Assembly: GCA_963823665.1 (NCBI GenBank)
Contig: CAWGMQ010000011.1
Location: forward strand, 416,001 to 480,000
DNA from: an uncultured Planctomycetota bacterium
GTDB lineage: Bacteria; Planctomycetota; Planctomycetia; Isosphaerales; Isosphaeraceae
Length of the DNA: 64,000 nucleotides
Reading direction: 5' to 3'
Part shown: in pieces, positions 11,713-23,341 of the stretch
Position numbering within the stretch: the first letter of the stretch is position 1
Layout: every line of letters starts with the position of its first letter
The notes under the pieces: model-generated
The model's database searches: none
Seen by the model: the letters and a program-made list of their open reading frames with translations, nothing else
Told to the model about the DNA's origin: nothing
Translations under genes and position numbers: made by a program

Positions 11713-13344
11713 TCACTGCCCGGCCGCTTCGCGGGCTTTGGTCTTCTCTTGCTTGGGCTCTTCGGACTGCGGCTTCTGGTCGCGCCGCTGCTGGAATTCG
11801 GGGGCGTCGAACATCGAGGGCTCGGGTGTCTTGGGACTTCGGGGCAAGATCTCCGGGAGCATGGCCACTCCGTACGCCCACCCCGCAAGCACTTTGGCCC
11901 CCTGGTTCACCTCATCCGGATAAACCTTGTCGACCGTGTCGCTCTCCGTGTGGTGTGTTTTCCGATACTCGGCTTCGTCCTGTACGACCGCGAATGCCGG
12001 GACGCCATGCGGAAGAAACGACATGTGGTCGGTTCCCATCATGGTGCGCATGCTGAGCTCCTCGAGGTTGACGGCCTCCTTGAACGGATCGACGACCTGC
12101 TCCATGACTTCGCGCAAGTCAAAGCGGCCTTGCAGCCCGATGCTCTTGACCCGGCCGGTTCCCATGTCGTGGATCAGCACGCCGCAGATCTTGGACATCT
12201 CCTTTTCGTGCGCTTTCACGTAGGCTCGCGAGCCGTGCAATCCCTCTTCCTCCCCCGAGAAGAGGACGCAGCGGATCGTGCGCTTCGGCTTGGCGCCGAC
12301 CGCCTTCAAGGCCCGGGCGGCCTCGAGCACCGCCATGATGCCCGTGCCATTGTCGGTGGCGCCGGTTCCCAGGTCCCAGCTATCGATGTGCCCGCCGATG
12401 ATCACCACCTCGTCGGCCTTGTCGGATCCTGGAATCTCTGCCACGGTATTGTAAACCTCGACTTCTCCCTTGCTGAACGTGTTTTGCAAGTCGATCTCGA
12501 CCTCCACCGGCCCGCGCTTGAGAAGCCGCCAGATGAGGCCGTACGATTCGGTGGTCAAGAACGCTTCGGGAAGCTCCGCCTGCGCAAACTTGGCTGACGC
12601 CCCCGTCATGTTGATCAGGCCGTGCTCCTTGTTCGAGTCGATCAAGAGCCCGGCGGCTCCTTCGTCAATCAGGAACTTCCGAAGCTGGGGCCGGAAGCTA
12701 CGGCCGCGCACGTATTCGCGAATTCGCTTTTTCATGTCGCCTTCGAGGTTGGCCTTGCCCTGCTTGGGCGACGGCTGGACTGACACCTCGGAGAGCAGCA
12801 CCCACGCTCCCTTGATCTTGCCCTTGTAAGCGGCGAGCTCGTCGGCTGACTGGGCCTTCACATGGACGACCGGCCCGCGCTTGGGACCATCGGTCGACGG
12901 GCTCCAACCGGCCGATTCTAGGAGAATCCGCTGCTCCACCGGCACAACCACGCGACCCTTGGCGTCGCCGCGAATCCAGGCTCGGTCGATCGTCCAGGGT
13001 TCGAGGTGCGCGTTCGATAATCCGTACTGTTCGAACTTCCTCTTCGTCCAATCGTTGGCTTTCGTCAGATTTGGCGAGCCGGTCAACCTCGGACCGATCA
13101 TGTCGCAGAGATATTCGATGTTGGTCATCAGCTCTGAGTGCTTGTCGATTTCATCCAGAATCGCTTGGGTCACGGCCTTGACCTCGCCACTCGATTCCTT
13201 CGCTGCGGGGGCCGCGCCCGGCTGCGCTCCTGCGCGTTGTCGCTCGCGCGCGGGCGGACCTCCCGCGGGCGGAGCTTGCGCGAGAACCGAGGCACACAGC
13301 CCGGCTGCCGATACAGAGATCAACCACGCACGAATGGATTTCAT
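11713..13344 (-). CDS. Secreted M28-family metallopeptidase (glutamate carboxypeptidase-like, PA domain)
   Basis: IGPRLTGS, GGHIDSWD, GATDNGTG, FSGEEEGLHGS, TDH, HHTESD. Confidence 0.9.
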   Translation of the reverse strand: MKSIRAWLISVSAAGLCASVLAQAPPAGGPPARERQRAGAQPGAAPAAKESSGEVKAVTQAILDEIDKHSELMTNIEYLCDMIGPRLTGSPNLTKANDWTKRKFEQYGLSNAHLEPWTIDRAWIRGDAKGRVVVPVEQRILLESAGWSPSTDGPKRGPVVHVKAQSADELAAYKGKIKGAWVLLSEVSVQPSPKQGKANLEGDMKKRIREYVRGRSFRPQLRKFLIDEGAAGLLIDSNKEHGLINMTGASAKFAQAELPEAFLTTESYGLIWRLLKRGPVEVEIDLQNTFSKGEVEVYNTVAEIPGSDKADEVVIIGGHIDSWDLGTGATDNGTGIMAVLEAARALKAVGAKPKRTIRCVLFSGEEEGLHGSRAYVKAHEKEMSKICGVLIHDMGTGRVKSIGLQGRFDLREVMEQVVDPFKEAVNLEELSMRTMMGTDHMSFLPHGVPAFAVVQDEAEYRKTHHTESDTVDKVYPDEVNQGAKVLAGWAYGVAMLPEILPRSPKTPEPSMFDAPEFQQRRDQKPQSEEPKQEKTKAREAAGQ

Positions 13345-13512
13345 GATCGAACTGGGCCTCTTGCAAAAGTTGAACATCGATGGTGGGCTGGCTCTATCTC
13401 TGCCAAGCCCCGGCGTCCCGCAAAGCCACAGGCCATCGTAGGTGTGCCGCGACGGATTGGCAAGCGTTGCGTTTCCAGCCAAGTCCTGTACTGCCCGTGT
13501 CCCGAAGCATCG

Positions 13513-14475
13513 TCACTTGCCAAGCGGAACGACATTTTTTCCAACGTAGTCTTCAACGGGCGACGGTGGCGCGGGGCCGATGTAGTGAAATGCTTCGGCA
13601 TACTCCACTCCGTATTTCCGTCCCAGCTCGCGGTTGCGGGCCAGCAGGAATTCCTTGATGTAATTGCGGTCGGCGGTTACATCGTCGTCGCCCAAAAGGG
13701 GCAATCGCTGCTGTTTTTTCGCGAGCTCGGCGCGGAGCCGCGATCCGTGACGACCACCGGGACCCTTCGCTTGATTGGCGCGGTTTGCCTCGACCTTCCG
13801 ATCAACGAACGAGCTGATATCCACCACGCGGGTGATCTCCGGGCGTCGGGCGTAATAATACTTCTCGCGGACGGCGTGCGGTTTCAATCCCGCCGCGAAT
13901 TGCTCGGCGTAATCGTGATCACGGCCCGCCATCCAGCACGATGCTTCCACTCCGCGAGCGATTGCGTAATGATCGGGATTCTCCTCGTCGTGCGCCCAGG
14001 GATCCCAGCAGATGACGGTATCCACTTTGAGCAGGCGGATGAGAAAGATCAGCCGGCACTGCAGCTCATTCTGCGAGACATCGCCCATCCGGTGGTTCCC
14101 GTAATTGAAGTTGAAGACGCGCTTGAGCCCGAGAACTCGCGCGACCTCGTCGTTGTCGCGCTCGTTGCCGAGCACGTTCTGGCCGACTGTGCCGGTCGTC
14201 CCGAGCTCTCGTGCGTCGCCCATGTCGTCATTGGTCGCACGAAGCAGGTAGCCGGTGTAGCCCTCGCTCACGAGCTTGGCGACGGTCCCGGCCGCGAACA
14301 GCGGAATGTCGTCGGAGTGAGCCTGTACTGCCAGCAATACCTTGCCTTTGTGCGGCGTCTCGTGCTCCAAACGCTCGAGGTACACGTCTGGTGCCGCTCC
14401 CTGGGCTTTCGCGGATCGCGATCGCGAAAGCGCCAGGCTGCACAACATCGCGGTGAAGAATTCGCGCCGTTGCAT
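13513..14475 (-). CDS. PIG-L/LmbE-family deacetylase with Tat-like signal peptide
   Basis: MQRREFF N-terminus, AHSDD, NPDH, YAEAF. Confidence 0.85.
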   Translation of the reverse strand: MQRREFFTAMLCSLALSRSRSAKAQGAAPDVYLERLEHETPHKGKVLLAVQAHSDDIPLFAAGTVAKLVSEGYTGYLLRATNDDMGDARELGTTGTVGQNVLGNERDNDEVARVLGLKRVFNFNYGNHRMGDVSQNELQCRLIFLIRLLKVDTVICWDPWAHDEENPDHYAIARGVEASCWMAGRDHDYAEQFAAGLKPHAVREKYYYARRPEITRVVDISSFVDRKVEANRANQAKGPGGRHGSRLRAELAKKQQRLPLLGDDDVTADRNYIKEFLLARNRELGRKYGVEYAEAFHYIGPAPPSPVEDYVGKNVVPLGK

Positions 14476-14875
14476 TCTAGCGTCCTCATTGTGAATGACT
14501 TACGCCCTCTCATGTCATCGCCGTCCCAAGAATTTCCACCGCTTGCTCCAAGAAATCAACCGCTCAATCGTCCTTCTTCAGTTGAACGCGGTCACCAGGA
14601 CGAGATGATCGCGCCGCGCCGCGATCCGGCACACTGTGCTGGCAACGGGCAGCTTGGGAGTCAAATGAACGACGAACTTTGCGACTTGGATTGCTCTTGG
14701 TACCGCCGTGCTGGCGTGGCACAAACGGCGACACGGTTCGACGAAGGTCCATACGCTGCAGTCGAGCAGGTGGGCGCACCCGCATTCCGCTCACGGGTTG
14801 GTGGCCAAGACGAAGCAATCTGGCGTGAGGAGTTTGTGCACGCGGTCGCCCGCGCGTTCGGTTCCTGAAGACTCC

Positions 14876-16955
14876 TTACTTCTCATTTTCGGTCAAGTGA
14901 ATCGTCTCGGACGATCCGCTGGCGCTGAAGGAGATCGGCACGTTCCAGATGAGGCTGCGAATGCGGCAGAGGCTCGATGGCTCGCTACACACCAATGTCT
15001 TGAGTGAGAGCTTCAGATCGAGCTTGTCGCCGGGGTCGGGAACCTTGGCCAGGGGGACGGTGATCTTGAACTCGGTCTTGGGCGGATTCACCTTGCCGCC
15101 TGAGGGCGAGACGTCCGCCGCGAGGATCCCCTCCTTCTCCGGAGTTTCGACCAGGTAGGCCAAGGGCGCCTCCTCGTTGAGCTTGTAGCCTTTGGCGAGT
15201 GGGACCGTCACTGCGAGTGTGATCGACTTTGCTGGCGCGAGCCTCGACCGCCGGCACGCTGATCGTGGTGGCGTTGGGAAAAGTCGGTGGCCGGGCGGCG
15301 AGTTGCGGGGGCGACAGACCATCGAGCGCGAGCGTCGTGACGGCCTTGGTCTTCAGGTCGACGATCTTGATCTTGTGATTGTTGGTATCGGCAACGTAGA
15401 GCTTGGAGCCGGCTACGCTCAAGCCTCCAGGCTGATAAAAATGGGGTGGGTTTTCGCCGTCGCCGGCCTTCCGGGTGCCGACCAAGGTCCTGACGGTGCG
15501 GTTTCTGGGCTCGCAGATCTTGATCTTGTTGTTGTAGGTATCGGCGATATAGAGATGGTCGGCACCGAAGGCCAGCCCCAGGCAGTGCTGGAGCCGGACG
15601 GTACCGCCCTTGCCGTCGATGTCGTCGAATGCGAATAGACCTTCGCCGACGATCGTGCGAACTGTCGGCCCGCGAGGGTTTTGCATTCCGGTGAGCACCC
15701 GGACGCCCGAGACTTCGGAGTCGGCGACGAACAGGTTTTCGCCGTCGGTCGCCAGCCCGCTGGGCTGGGCGAAGTTGGCCGTGGCCGCCGGGCCGTCGAC
15801 GATGTCTTCGCGACCTGATCCGGCGAAGACGCCCACCACACCTCCGGGGATGTCGAGCTTCCAGATCTGGTGAGGACCGGCCATGGCGATGTAGAGTGCT
15901 TTGTCTCCCGGAATCTGAATGACATCCCACGGGCTGCAAAGAGGGGTTGTCTTCGCCGGTCCGGAAGACCCCGCCGGGAAGACTCGCATGCCCTGGCTGC
16001 CGGTGCCAGCGATCGTCGAGACGTTCCCCGCTTTCAAGTCGATCGCGCGAATGGCGTGGTTTTCGGTGTCGGCGACGAAGAGCGTATCCTCACTCAGGTA
16101 CATTCCCTGCGGGCGGCTGAACGACGCCTTCTTGAAATCGCCGTCGTCAAAGCCCTCTTCGCCGCTGCCGATCGTAACCGGGTTGGAGCCATCCAGGTCG
16201 GTCTGGATGATGCGGTTATGGCCGGTGTCGGCAATGAACAGGTGCTTGCCGGTGGCGTCAGCCACAATCTTGCCGGGATAGAGCAGCGGGCCATTGGTGG
16301 GGCGCTCCATCTCCGGGGTGAAACTGAGCGGCGTGAGGTTGAGCTCGCCCTTGGCCTTGTGCTGTTCCACGAGCTCGCCGATTGCCCGGTCGACCGTGTC
16401 GTAGTTTCCCTCGCCGCTGGCGCGGCCGGCGTAGTGACCGTTGGCATCGATCAAGACGAGGGTCGGCCAGCTATTGACCTCGAATCGCTTCCAGATCGCC
16501 ATGTTGGCGTCATTGACGACGGGATGCTTGATCCGGTATTCGGCGACCTTGCGGCGGATATTCTCGGTATCCTTCTCGGCGTCGAACTTGGCAGTGTGCA
16601 CGCCGATCACCACAAGCTCGTCCTTGTACTTCGCTTCAAGCTTGGCGAGGTCGGGAAGAACGTGGTGGCAGTTGATGCAGCAGAAAGTCCAGAAATCAAG
16701 CAGCACGATCTTGCCGCGCAGCTCGGCGAGGGAGATCGGACCGGAATTGATCCAGGCGATGCCTCCCTTCAAGCTCAACGGGCCGGCTTGGCTATATGAG
16801 GCCAATTCCATCGGGGGAGGGGTCCAGAGACTACCGACATCGTGGGGCGTGTTGGCTCTGTTGAAATGGTAACGGACAAGAAGCACGGCAGAGACAAGAA
16901 GAAAGACAGCAATAGCAGTCGAGAGGCAGCGAGTCAGGAATCGGATGGCGTGCAT
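14876..16955 (-). CDS. Thioredoxin-like plus NHL-repeat protein (NHLRC2/SOQ1-like), frameshift near 15240
   Basis: DFWTFCCINC, SWPTLVLID, several NHL repeats (IADTGHNRI, VADTENHAI, MAGPHQIW, VADSEVSGVR, IADTYNNKI). C-terminal Ig-like part lies in ORF 14876-15322. Confidence 0.9.
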
Positions 16956-17287
16956 GCCGGTGGCCTCGCGATGGTGGGGCGATTGATCCGGTGCCACGTC
17001 GGCGCCGGAAATTCCACTATTGGGTATTGTAAACGACCGGCGGACATTCGGCATGCCTTTTTCGGTCGGCATGCGATCCCGCCGGCGAGGATAGGTCGAG
17101 CGACGTACGCAACTGGTGGCGGAAGACGGCTTCACCGCACCTGGCAGTTTTGATTTCCGCACGATAGAATGAAAGTCCCAATTCAGGATGAGCGATCGCG
17201 CCCGTGTCAAGGCGCGTGGTGTGACGCCAGAGCGTGGTCCGCTAGGGTTGGCGGCTTCCGAACGATCGGGAAGGCGGAGCGACAACC

Positions 17288-18286
17288 GTGGGCAAAGATA
17301 AATCGCTGATCCTGAGCGAAGAATCCTCGAAGAAGACGGATCCGTACGGCGAGCTGAAAGTCTTCGCAGGCAGCTCCGGACAGTCGCTCGGGCGCACAAT
17401 CTGCGAGTATCTCCGGATGGATCTCGCGAGCTCGGAAGTGCATGTATTCAGCGAAGGGAACGTCTTTGTGCGCGTGCTCGAAAACGTGCGCGGGCGCGAC
17501 GTTTTCATCGTGCAGGGGACCGATTTCCCGGTCAACGACAATTTTGTCGAGCTGCTCTTCTGGATCGACGCCTTCAAACGCGCAAGCGCCACCCAGGTGA
17601 CCGCCGTCATTCCGTATTTCTCTTATGCCAAGGGGGATAAGAAAGACGAGCCGCGGGTGTCGATCCGGGCGCGGGTGTGCGCAGACTGCATCGAGGCTGC
17701 CGGGGCCGACCGGGTGCTGACGATGGATCTGCACAGCCCGCAGATTCAGGGATTCTTCAAGATTCCGGTTGATCACCTGTATGCGATGCCGGTTCTGGTC
17801 GATTACTTTCGCTCCAAGGAAATACCCGACCTGGTGGTGGCCGCCCCGGACGTCGGGTTCGGCAAGCAGGCGTACAAGTTCGGCGAGATGATGCACGCGC
17901 CGGTGGTTTTCGGGAACAAGACGCGCAAGGGCCACGACGAGAAGGCCGAGATGCTCACGATCGTGGGCCAGGTCGAGGGGAAGAACGTGTTGATCGTGGA
18001 CGACTTCACCATCACGGGAGGTACCCTGATCGAGATGGCCAACGGCTGCAAGAAGCGAGGTGCCAAGGACATCTATGCCTGTGTATCGCACGGCGTTTTC
18101 TCGCGCGGCTCGGCCGAAAAGATCGAGGCGAGCCCGATCAAGGAGCTGGTGCTTACGGACACGATCGAGTACCGCTTCGAGCCGCTTCCCAAATGTTGCA
18201 AGATCGTCTCGGTGGCGAGGCTCTTCGCGCAGGCGATCCTTTCGATCCACCGTCGTGAGAGTGTGAGCCGGTTGTTTGATTATTGA
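17288..18286 (+). CDS. prs: Ribose-phosphate pyrophosphokinase
   Basis: FSEGN, NVRGRDVF, PYFSYAKGDKK, DLHSPQIQGFF, PRPP-binding IVDDFTITGGT. Confidence 0.95.
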   Translation: MGKDKSLILSEESSKKTDPYGELKVFAGSSGQSLGRTICEYLRMDLASSEVHVFSEGNVFVRVLENVRGRDVFIVQGTDFPVNDNFVELLFWIDAFKRASATQVTAVIPYFSYAKGDKKDEPRVSIRARVCADCIEAAGADRVLTMDLHSPQIQGFFKIPVDHLYAMPVLVDYFRSKEIPDLVVAAPDVGFGKQAYKFGEMMHAPVVFGNKTRKGHDEKAEMLTIVGQVEGKNVLIVDDFTITGGTLIEMANGCKKRGAKDIYACVSHGVFSRGSAEKIEASPIKELVLTDTIEYRFEPLPKCCKIVSVARLFAQAILSIHRRESVSRLFDY

Positions 18287-18305
18287 GCGATAGGCAGGGT
18301 TTTTA

Positions 18306-19742
18306 ATGAGTGTGGATCGGCCCCGGACGCTCGGTGAGCTGGCAGCAAGCGGTTATCGGATTCAGTCGGTCAAGGACGAGATGCGGCGCAACCTGATCGC
18401 CATGCTCCCTTCCGGCGAGCCGCTTTTTCCCGGAATCCTGGGCTACGACGAGACCGTCGTTCCCCAGGTACAGAATGCGATCCTTTCCAAGCACGACATC
18501 CTCTTTCTGGGTCTGCGCGGCCAGGCCAAGACGCGCATGCTGCGCGAGCTCGTGCGATTGCTGGACGACGCGATCCCGATCGTGGCCGGCTCGGAGATCC
18601 ACGATAACCCGTTCGCACCCGTTTCGAAGCATGCCCGCGACTTGATCGCCTCGCAGGGCGATGCCACGCCGATCGAGTGGATCGGCCGGAGCGACCGCTA
18701 TCACGAAAAGCTGGCCACGCCGGATGTGACGATTGCCGACTTGATCGGTGAGGTCGACATGATCAAGCACGCCGAGGGCCGCTATCTCTCGAGCGAGCTG
18801 ACCATGCACTTCGGCTTGATTCCCAGGGCGAATCGGGGAATCTTCTGCATCAACGAGCTTCCTGATCTGGCACCCAAGATTCAGGTCGGCCTCTTCAACG
18901 TGCTCGAAGAGCGCGACGTTCAGATTCGCGGGTATCCCGTGCGTCTGGATCTGGATCTGTGCATGGTCTTCTCGGCCAACCCCGAAGACTACACCAACCG
19001 CGGCCGGATCGTCACGCCACTCAAAGACCGGATCGGATCGGTCATTCGCACGCATTACCCGCTCTCGCGCGAGATCGGGATCGCGATCAGCGACCAGAAC
19101 GCGTGGCTCGATCGCGCGGTGCCTGGCGCGGCGAAGATGTTTGTTCCTCCTTTCATGAAAGAGCTGGTCGAAGAAGTTGCGCGGCTGGCTCGCGCATCGC
19201 CGCACGTCAACCAGCAGTCGGGTGTTTCAGTTCGCATGTCGATTGCCAACCTGGAGAACATTGTCTCCAACGCCGAGCGGCGAGCGATCGTTCACCAGGA
19301 ACGATGGATCGTGCCCAGGCCGTCGGACCTGACGTTTGCCGTGCCGAGCTCCCGTGGCAAGCTCGAGCTGACGATGACCGAGGAAGAAGGGCACGAAGAC
19401 AAGCTGATCGGGCGCATCATTGACGAGGCGATCAAGAACATCTCGACAGCTCACGTTGATCTGCGCGAGCTCCGCGGGGTTGTCGACCACTTCGAGAGTG
19501 GCCAAAGCGTCGAGCTGGGGGACGGGCTTGCCACGGCTGCGGTGCTCGAGCGAGTGGCCAAGGTCCCAGGCCTGCGCAAACGGGCCGAGGAGCTCTCGGC
19601 GGGCTGGGTATCGCCGGGAAGCGACGGCGACCTGCGTGCGGCGGCGGCGGCGAGCGCGGCCGAGTTTCTTCTCGAGGGCCTGCACGTGCACAACAAGATC
19701 AACAAGCAGGCGAAATCCGGCGGCACATCCTACAGGCGCTGA
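18306..19742 (+). CDS. Magnesium-chelatase-like AAA+ ATPase (Rv0958-like)
   Basis: Walker A variant GLRGQAKT, GIFCINELPDL, SANPEDYTNRGRI, SGVSVR. Confidence 0.88.
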   Translation: MSVDRPRTLGELAASGYRIQSVKDEMRRNLIAMLPSGEPLFPGILGYDETVVPQVQNAILSKHDILFLGLRGQAKTRMLRELVRLLDDAIPIVAGSEIHDNPFAPVSKHARDLIASQGDATPIEWIGRSDRYHEKLATPDVTIADLIGEVDMIKHAEGRYLSSELTMHFGLIPRANRGIFCINELPDLAPKIQVGLFNVLEERDVQIRGYPVRLDLDLCMVFSANPEDYTNRGRIVTPLKDRIGSVIRTHYPLSREIGIAISDQNAWLDRAVPGAAKMFVPPFMKELVEEVARLARASPHVNQQSGVSVRMSIANLENIVSNAERRAIVHQERWIVPRPSDLTFAVPSSRGKLELTMTEEEGHEDKLIGRIIDEAIKNISTAHVDLRELRGVVDHFESGQSVELGDGLATAAVLERVAKVPGLRKRAEELSAGWVSPGSDGDLRAAAAASAAEFLLEGLHVHNKINKQAKSGGTSYRR

Positions 19743-19746
19743 AGCA

Positions 19747-20886
19747 ATGGCGATTTTCGAGTATTCGAAGTGGGACGGCTCGCAGCAGTTTCTGCCGCAA
19801 TCGGCGGATCGGGTCTTCGACCAGCTCGCCGAGTTTCTCATGCGGCACGGCGACACGATCTTGCAGAATATGGACGATCTCGAAGACGAGATTCCCGAGA
19901 TCATCGATCTGATCCAGAAAGAGGGCCTGATCGAGAAAGACCGCGAGGGCCGATGGAGCGTGACGCCTCGGGGCGTGCGCAGGATTCAGGACAAGGCGCT
20001 CGAAGACCTTTTCCAAACGTTTCGCCGAGACTCCCTCGGCAAACACGATACGGCCGAGAAGGGCGAGGGAAGCATCGTACTCGAAGACACGCGGCCTTAC
20101 GTCTACGGCGATTCGCTGGCCAATCTGAATCTGCACGAGACCTTGAAAAACGCCTATGTGCGCCAGGGCGGCGGCGTGCCGATCAAGCTGAGCTCGGATG
20201 ACTACGTCGTGCACGAAACCGAGTATCAAACCCGGTGCGCGACCGTGGTCTTGATTGACATGAGCGGCTCGATGGGCCGTTACGGAAAGTATTACACGAC
20301 CAAGAAAGTGGCGCTCGCGCTCCAGGCGATGGTGCGAGCCCGGTACCCGCAAGACTCGCTGCAGATGATCGGTTTCTACACGTTCGCCAGCATGATGAAT
20401 GAGCGGCAGCTCTTGAGCTCGGCGCCCAAGCCGGTGAGCATCTTTGACAGCCGCGTGCACCTGCGCGTCGACCTCGACCACCCGCCGGGCCGAACTCCCC
20501 AGCATTTCACCAACATTCACGCGGGCCTTCGTCTGGCGCGAAGCGTGCTGTCCCGACAGCCCGCGACGAACAAGCAAATCATCGTCATCACCGATGGCGA
20601 GCCGACCGCGCATATCGAAGGGCGGGAAGTCGTCTTGATTTACCCGCCCGCTGAGAAAACGGCCAAGCACACCTTGGGCGAAGTGAAGAACTGCGCGAAT
20701 GCAGGCATTCGTGTCTCGAGCTTTGCGCTGATTGAAGATTATTTCTATCTCGGGCTGGTGAATTTCGTGGAAGAAATGGCGCGGGTGTCGCGCGGTGTGG
20801 CGGCTTATTGCTCGACGGACGATATCGGGAACCTGGTTTTCGATAGTTTCGTGGGCGGACGGCGGAAGCGGCGGTATGATACGTGA
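19747..20886 (+). CDS. von Willebrand factor A domain protein, partner of the AAA+ ATPase
   Basis: YSKWDGSQ N-terminus, MIDAS DMSGSM, TNIHAGL, IITDGEPTAH. Starts 4 nt after the ATPase stop. Confidence 0.88.
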   Translation: MAIFEYSKWDGSQQFLPQSADRVFDQLAEFLMRHGDTILQNMDDLEDEIPEIIDLIQKEGLIEKDREGRWSVTPRGVRRIQDKALEDLFQTFRRDSLGKHDTAEKGEGSIVLEDTRPYVYGDSLANLNLHETLKNAYVRQGGGVPIKLSSDDYVVHETEYQTRCATVVLIDMSGSMGRYGKYYTTKKVALALQAMVRARYPQDSLQMIGFYTFASMMNERQLLSSAPKPVSIFDSRVHLRVDLDHPPGRTPQHFTNIHAGLRLARSVLSRQPATNKQIIVITDGEPTAHIEGREVVLIYPPAEKTAKHTLGEVKNCANAGIRVSSFALIEDYFYLGLVNFVEEMARVSRGVAAYCSTDDIGNLVFDSFVGGRRKRRYDT

Positions 20887-20930
20887 CGCGAGATTGAGTC
20901 CCCGCGCAGAATGACGTTCGGGACGAACGA

Positions 20931-23341
20931 TCAGGCCGCTGTGGCGTCAAGCAGGGCGGGAACTGCTCGATAACCAGGCGTCTCGCGAATCTGTCGCAGG
21001 AACCGTTCTTGTGAGTGTTGTTCGAGTAAACGGCGGTAGCCTTGCTGCACCAGCCGGGCGGCCCCGGCTCGGTCGGCGTCGATCGAGCGCAGGGCGGCCA
21101 CGAATCCGCTCACGTCATCGAATGGCTCGATCAAGTAGCCGGTTTCACCCGTTTGGATCAGCTCCTTGACGCCGCCGGCGCTCGAGGCCACCACCAACAG
21201 GCCTTGCGCCATTGCTTCATGAAGGACATTGGGAAGGCCGTCCCACTGGGATGTGTACAGGAAAACATCGAAGTCATCCACCGGCAATCGATCGAAGCCG
21301 TCGAATGGACCATGGAAAGTCAGTTGAGGCCCGTGCGGCTTGGGACCATCAAAATCGAGCACGTGGCTTCCATAGGCGTGGATTTCAAAGGCATCGTTGG
21401 CGCAGGCTTGGGCAACTGCATTCAGCACGTCGACTCGTTTCTGTCGATCGAGCCGGCCAGCCCAGAGAATCTTGAGCGGTCCTTTCGAGCTGGCAATGCG
21501 TGGCGGCCTCGGCGCCTCGATTGCGACCGGCTGATAATGTGTGATCAACCGCCCGGGGTCGAGGTGATAGATTTCCTGGATCTCGTCGAGCATCGTTCGA
21601 TTGTCGCTAATAACGGCTGAGAGAGTGTCGAAGCACTGCGGGATGTGCTCCACCGGATAGCCGACGCGGCGACCTTCTGGCGTCGTATCGCAGCAGAAGA
21701 TGTGACCCAGGAGATGCGAGACCTGGGCGAGGGCCTTGCCGTGCGTCAGGAACGTCTCATAGCCGAGCCAGGAGTTCACGTTGTGAATCACCCGCGGCGC
21801 CATCTGAAGCAGCAATCGCACAAGCAGACGCTTGCGCTCGGCCGGCGCCAGGTGACGGTAGAGCTGCCCGATCGGCAAGAATGTCACGCCGGGAGGCAGG
21901 CGCCTGGCCCAGGGTGATTCCGCATCCTCGGTCGCCAGGACGACGATGCGGCGGGCCAACCCGTGCTCATGGATCGCGTGAATGTAATTCAGAGCGGTGC
22001 GATCGGATCCTCCCGTGGTGAGCCAGGGAACCAGGAAGACATGGCTGGGCCAGGTGGCGCCGAGCCGGCGGCATGCGTCGAGGTAGGCCTCCCCGGCGGG
22101 CGATTCTTGAACCTCAAGGCTCAGACGGGTGGCGCGAGCTGTTCACTTGAAGGGAATAGCATCGGCTCGATCGCGTGGATCTCCTTCCAGTCATCGAGCA
22201 GCCACGCAGGCAACCGGGTTCCCTGAGCCATCTCTGAATCGCTAGTATATGCTCTTTTATGATATATGGATTTTAACGTGTTCCAGACCGTCGCTGGCAG
22301 GATCGCCTTCGCCATCCGCTTCGCTGGTCGGGAAATAGGCCGGGCCACTTTCTTGGCGGATTGCTTGGACGCTCGCCAGAGCGACCGCACGAAATCAACT
22401 GTGCCACGTTGAAGTGTGTCGCAGCACAGCCGTTCCAGTGCGCGATCAATTTGTTCTGGCAGATGAGGCTGCAGGTAGCGACTGTAGAAGACGTTGCGGA
22501 TGGAACGAGCAGACGAAGGCGACGATTCATTCTCTATCGCATAACCGCTCAATGAGTCGGAATCAGCCGCCGGGGACTGGAGGTCGACACCCAATCGCTC
22601 CAATCCCGCGAAGTCGAAAAGCCGTGTGGGCCGATACACCGCGTGGTGCTGGATATGAAACTCCGAGCGCGAGCTGTTGCGGCGGCGATAGAAGAAAGAG
22701 GAGCCATCGACCACCTCGATGGCCACGCCGGCGGCGAGCAGCTCGCAGTGCCAGTGCCAGTCTTCAGAGCCGAAACCCGAAGTGGGAATACACTCTTTGA
22801 ACGGGACCTGCAGTGCGATCTCGCGGGGGATCAGCATTGCTGGAAGCCAATGGCAAACGTCGATGAGTCGCTCAGGCCGGAAATCTGGATCGCTCGAAGC
22901 GATGTGCTGCCATACGACGCTTTCGTTCTCAAATATCACGGTGAGCTGCGGGCTCCAGACCGCGGGATGATCGGCCAATTCCGCCGCTTCCAGGGACTTT
23001 GCGATCCAGGGTCGACTCATCAGGTCGTCAGCGTCGAGGAAACTGATGTACCGGCCTCTCGCTTGTTTGACGCCGAAGTTGCGGGATGGGCCCGTGTCGC
23101 CGAAGTCGACCTCGTAGAGCCGCAGCTCGCGCTGTTGTTCGAAGAAGGATCTCGTCGTCGCGTCCGGTCGATCGAGCACGACGACGATCTCGGAGCTCGC
23201 GCCATGGGCTTCGGCGAAGGCGATCGATCGGCGCACGCTGCGGAGCGTTCGGTGCGGCAGGCGACCCTCCCGGTGGGCGGTGATCACAACCGATACGTCG
23301 AAGCCATCTTTCTCTCGTGGCATGAGATCCTCCATTGTCAA
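20931..23341 (-). CDS. Bifunctional GT2 + GT4 glycosyltransferase, frameshift near 22135
   Basis: GT2 motifs VSVVITAHREG, SRNFG, FLDADD. After a frame change the sequence reads LVPWLTTGGSDR, WAGRLDRQK, SQWDGLPNVLHEAMAQG. Confidence 0.85.

Noticed and set aside
14512..14868. Possible small plus-strand protein between the deacetylase and NHL genes
   Set aside because: It is the tail of a long antisense ORF, with no recognisable motif or clear RBS. Cannot be supported.
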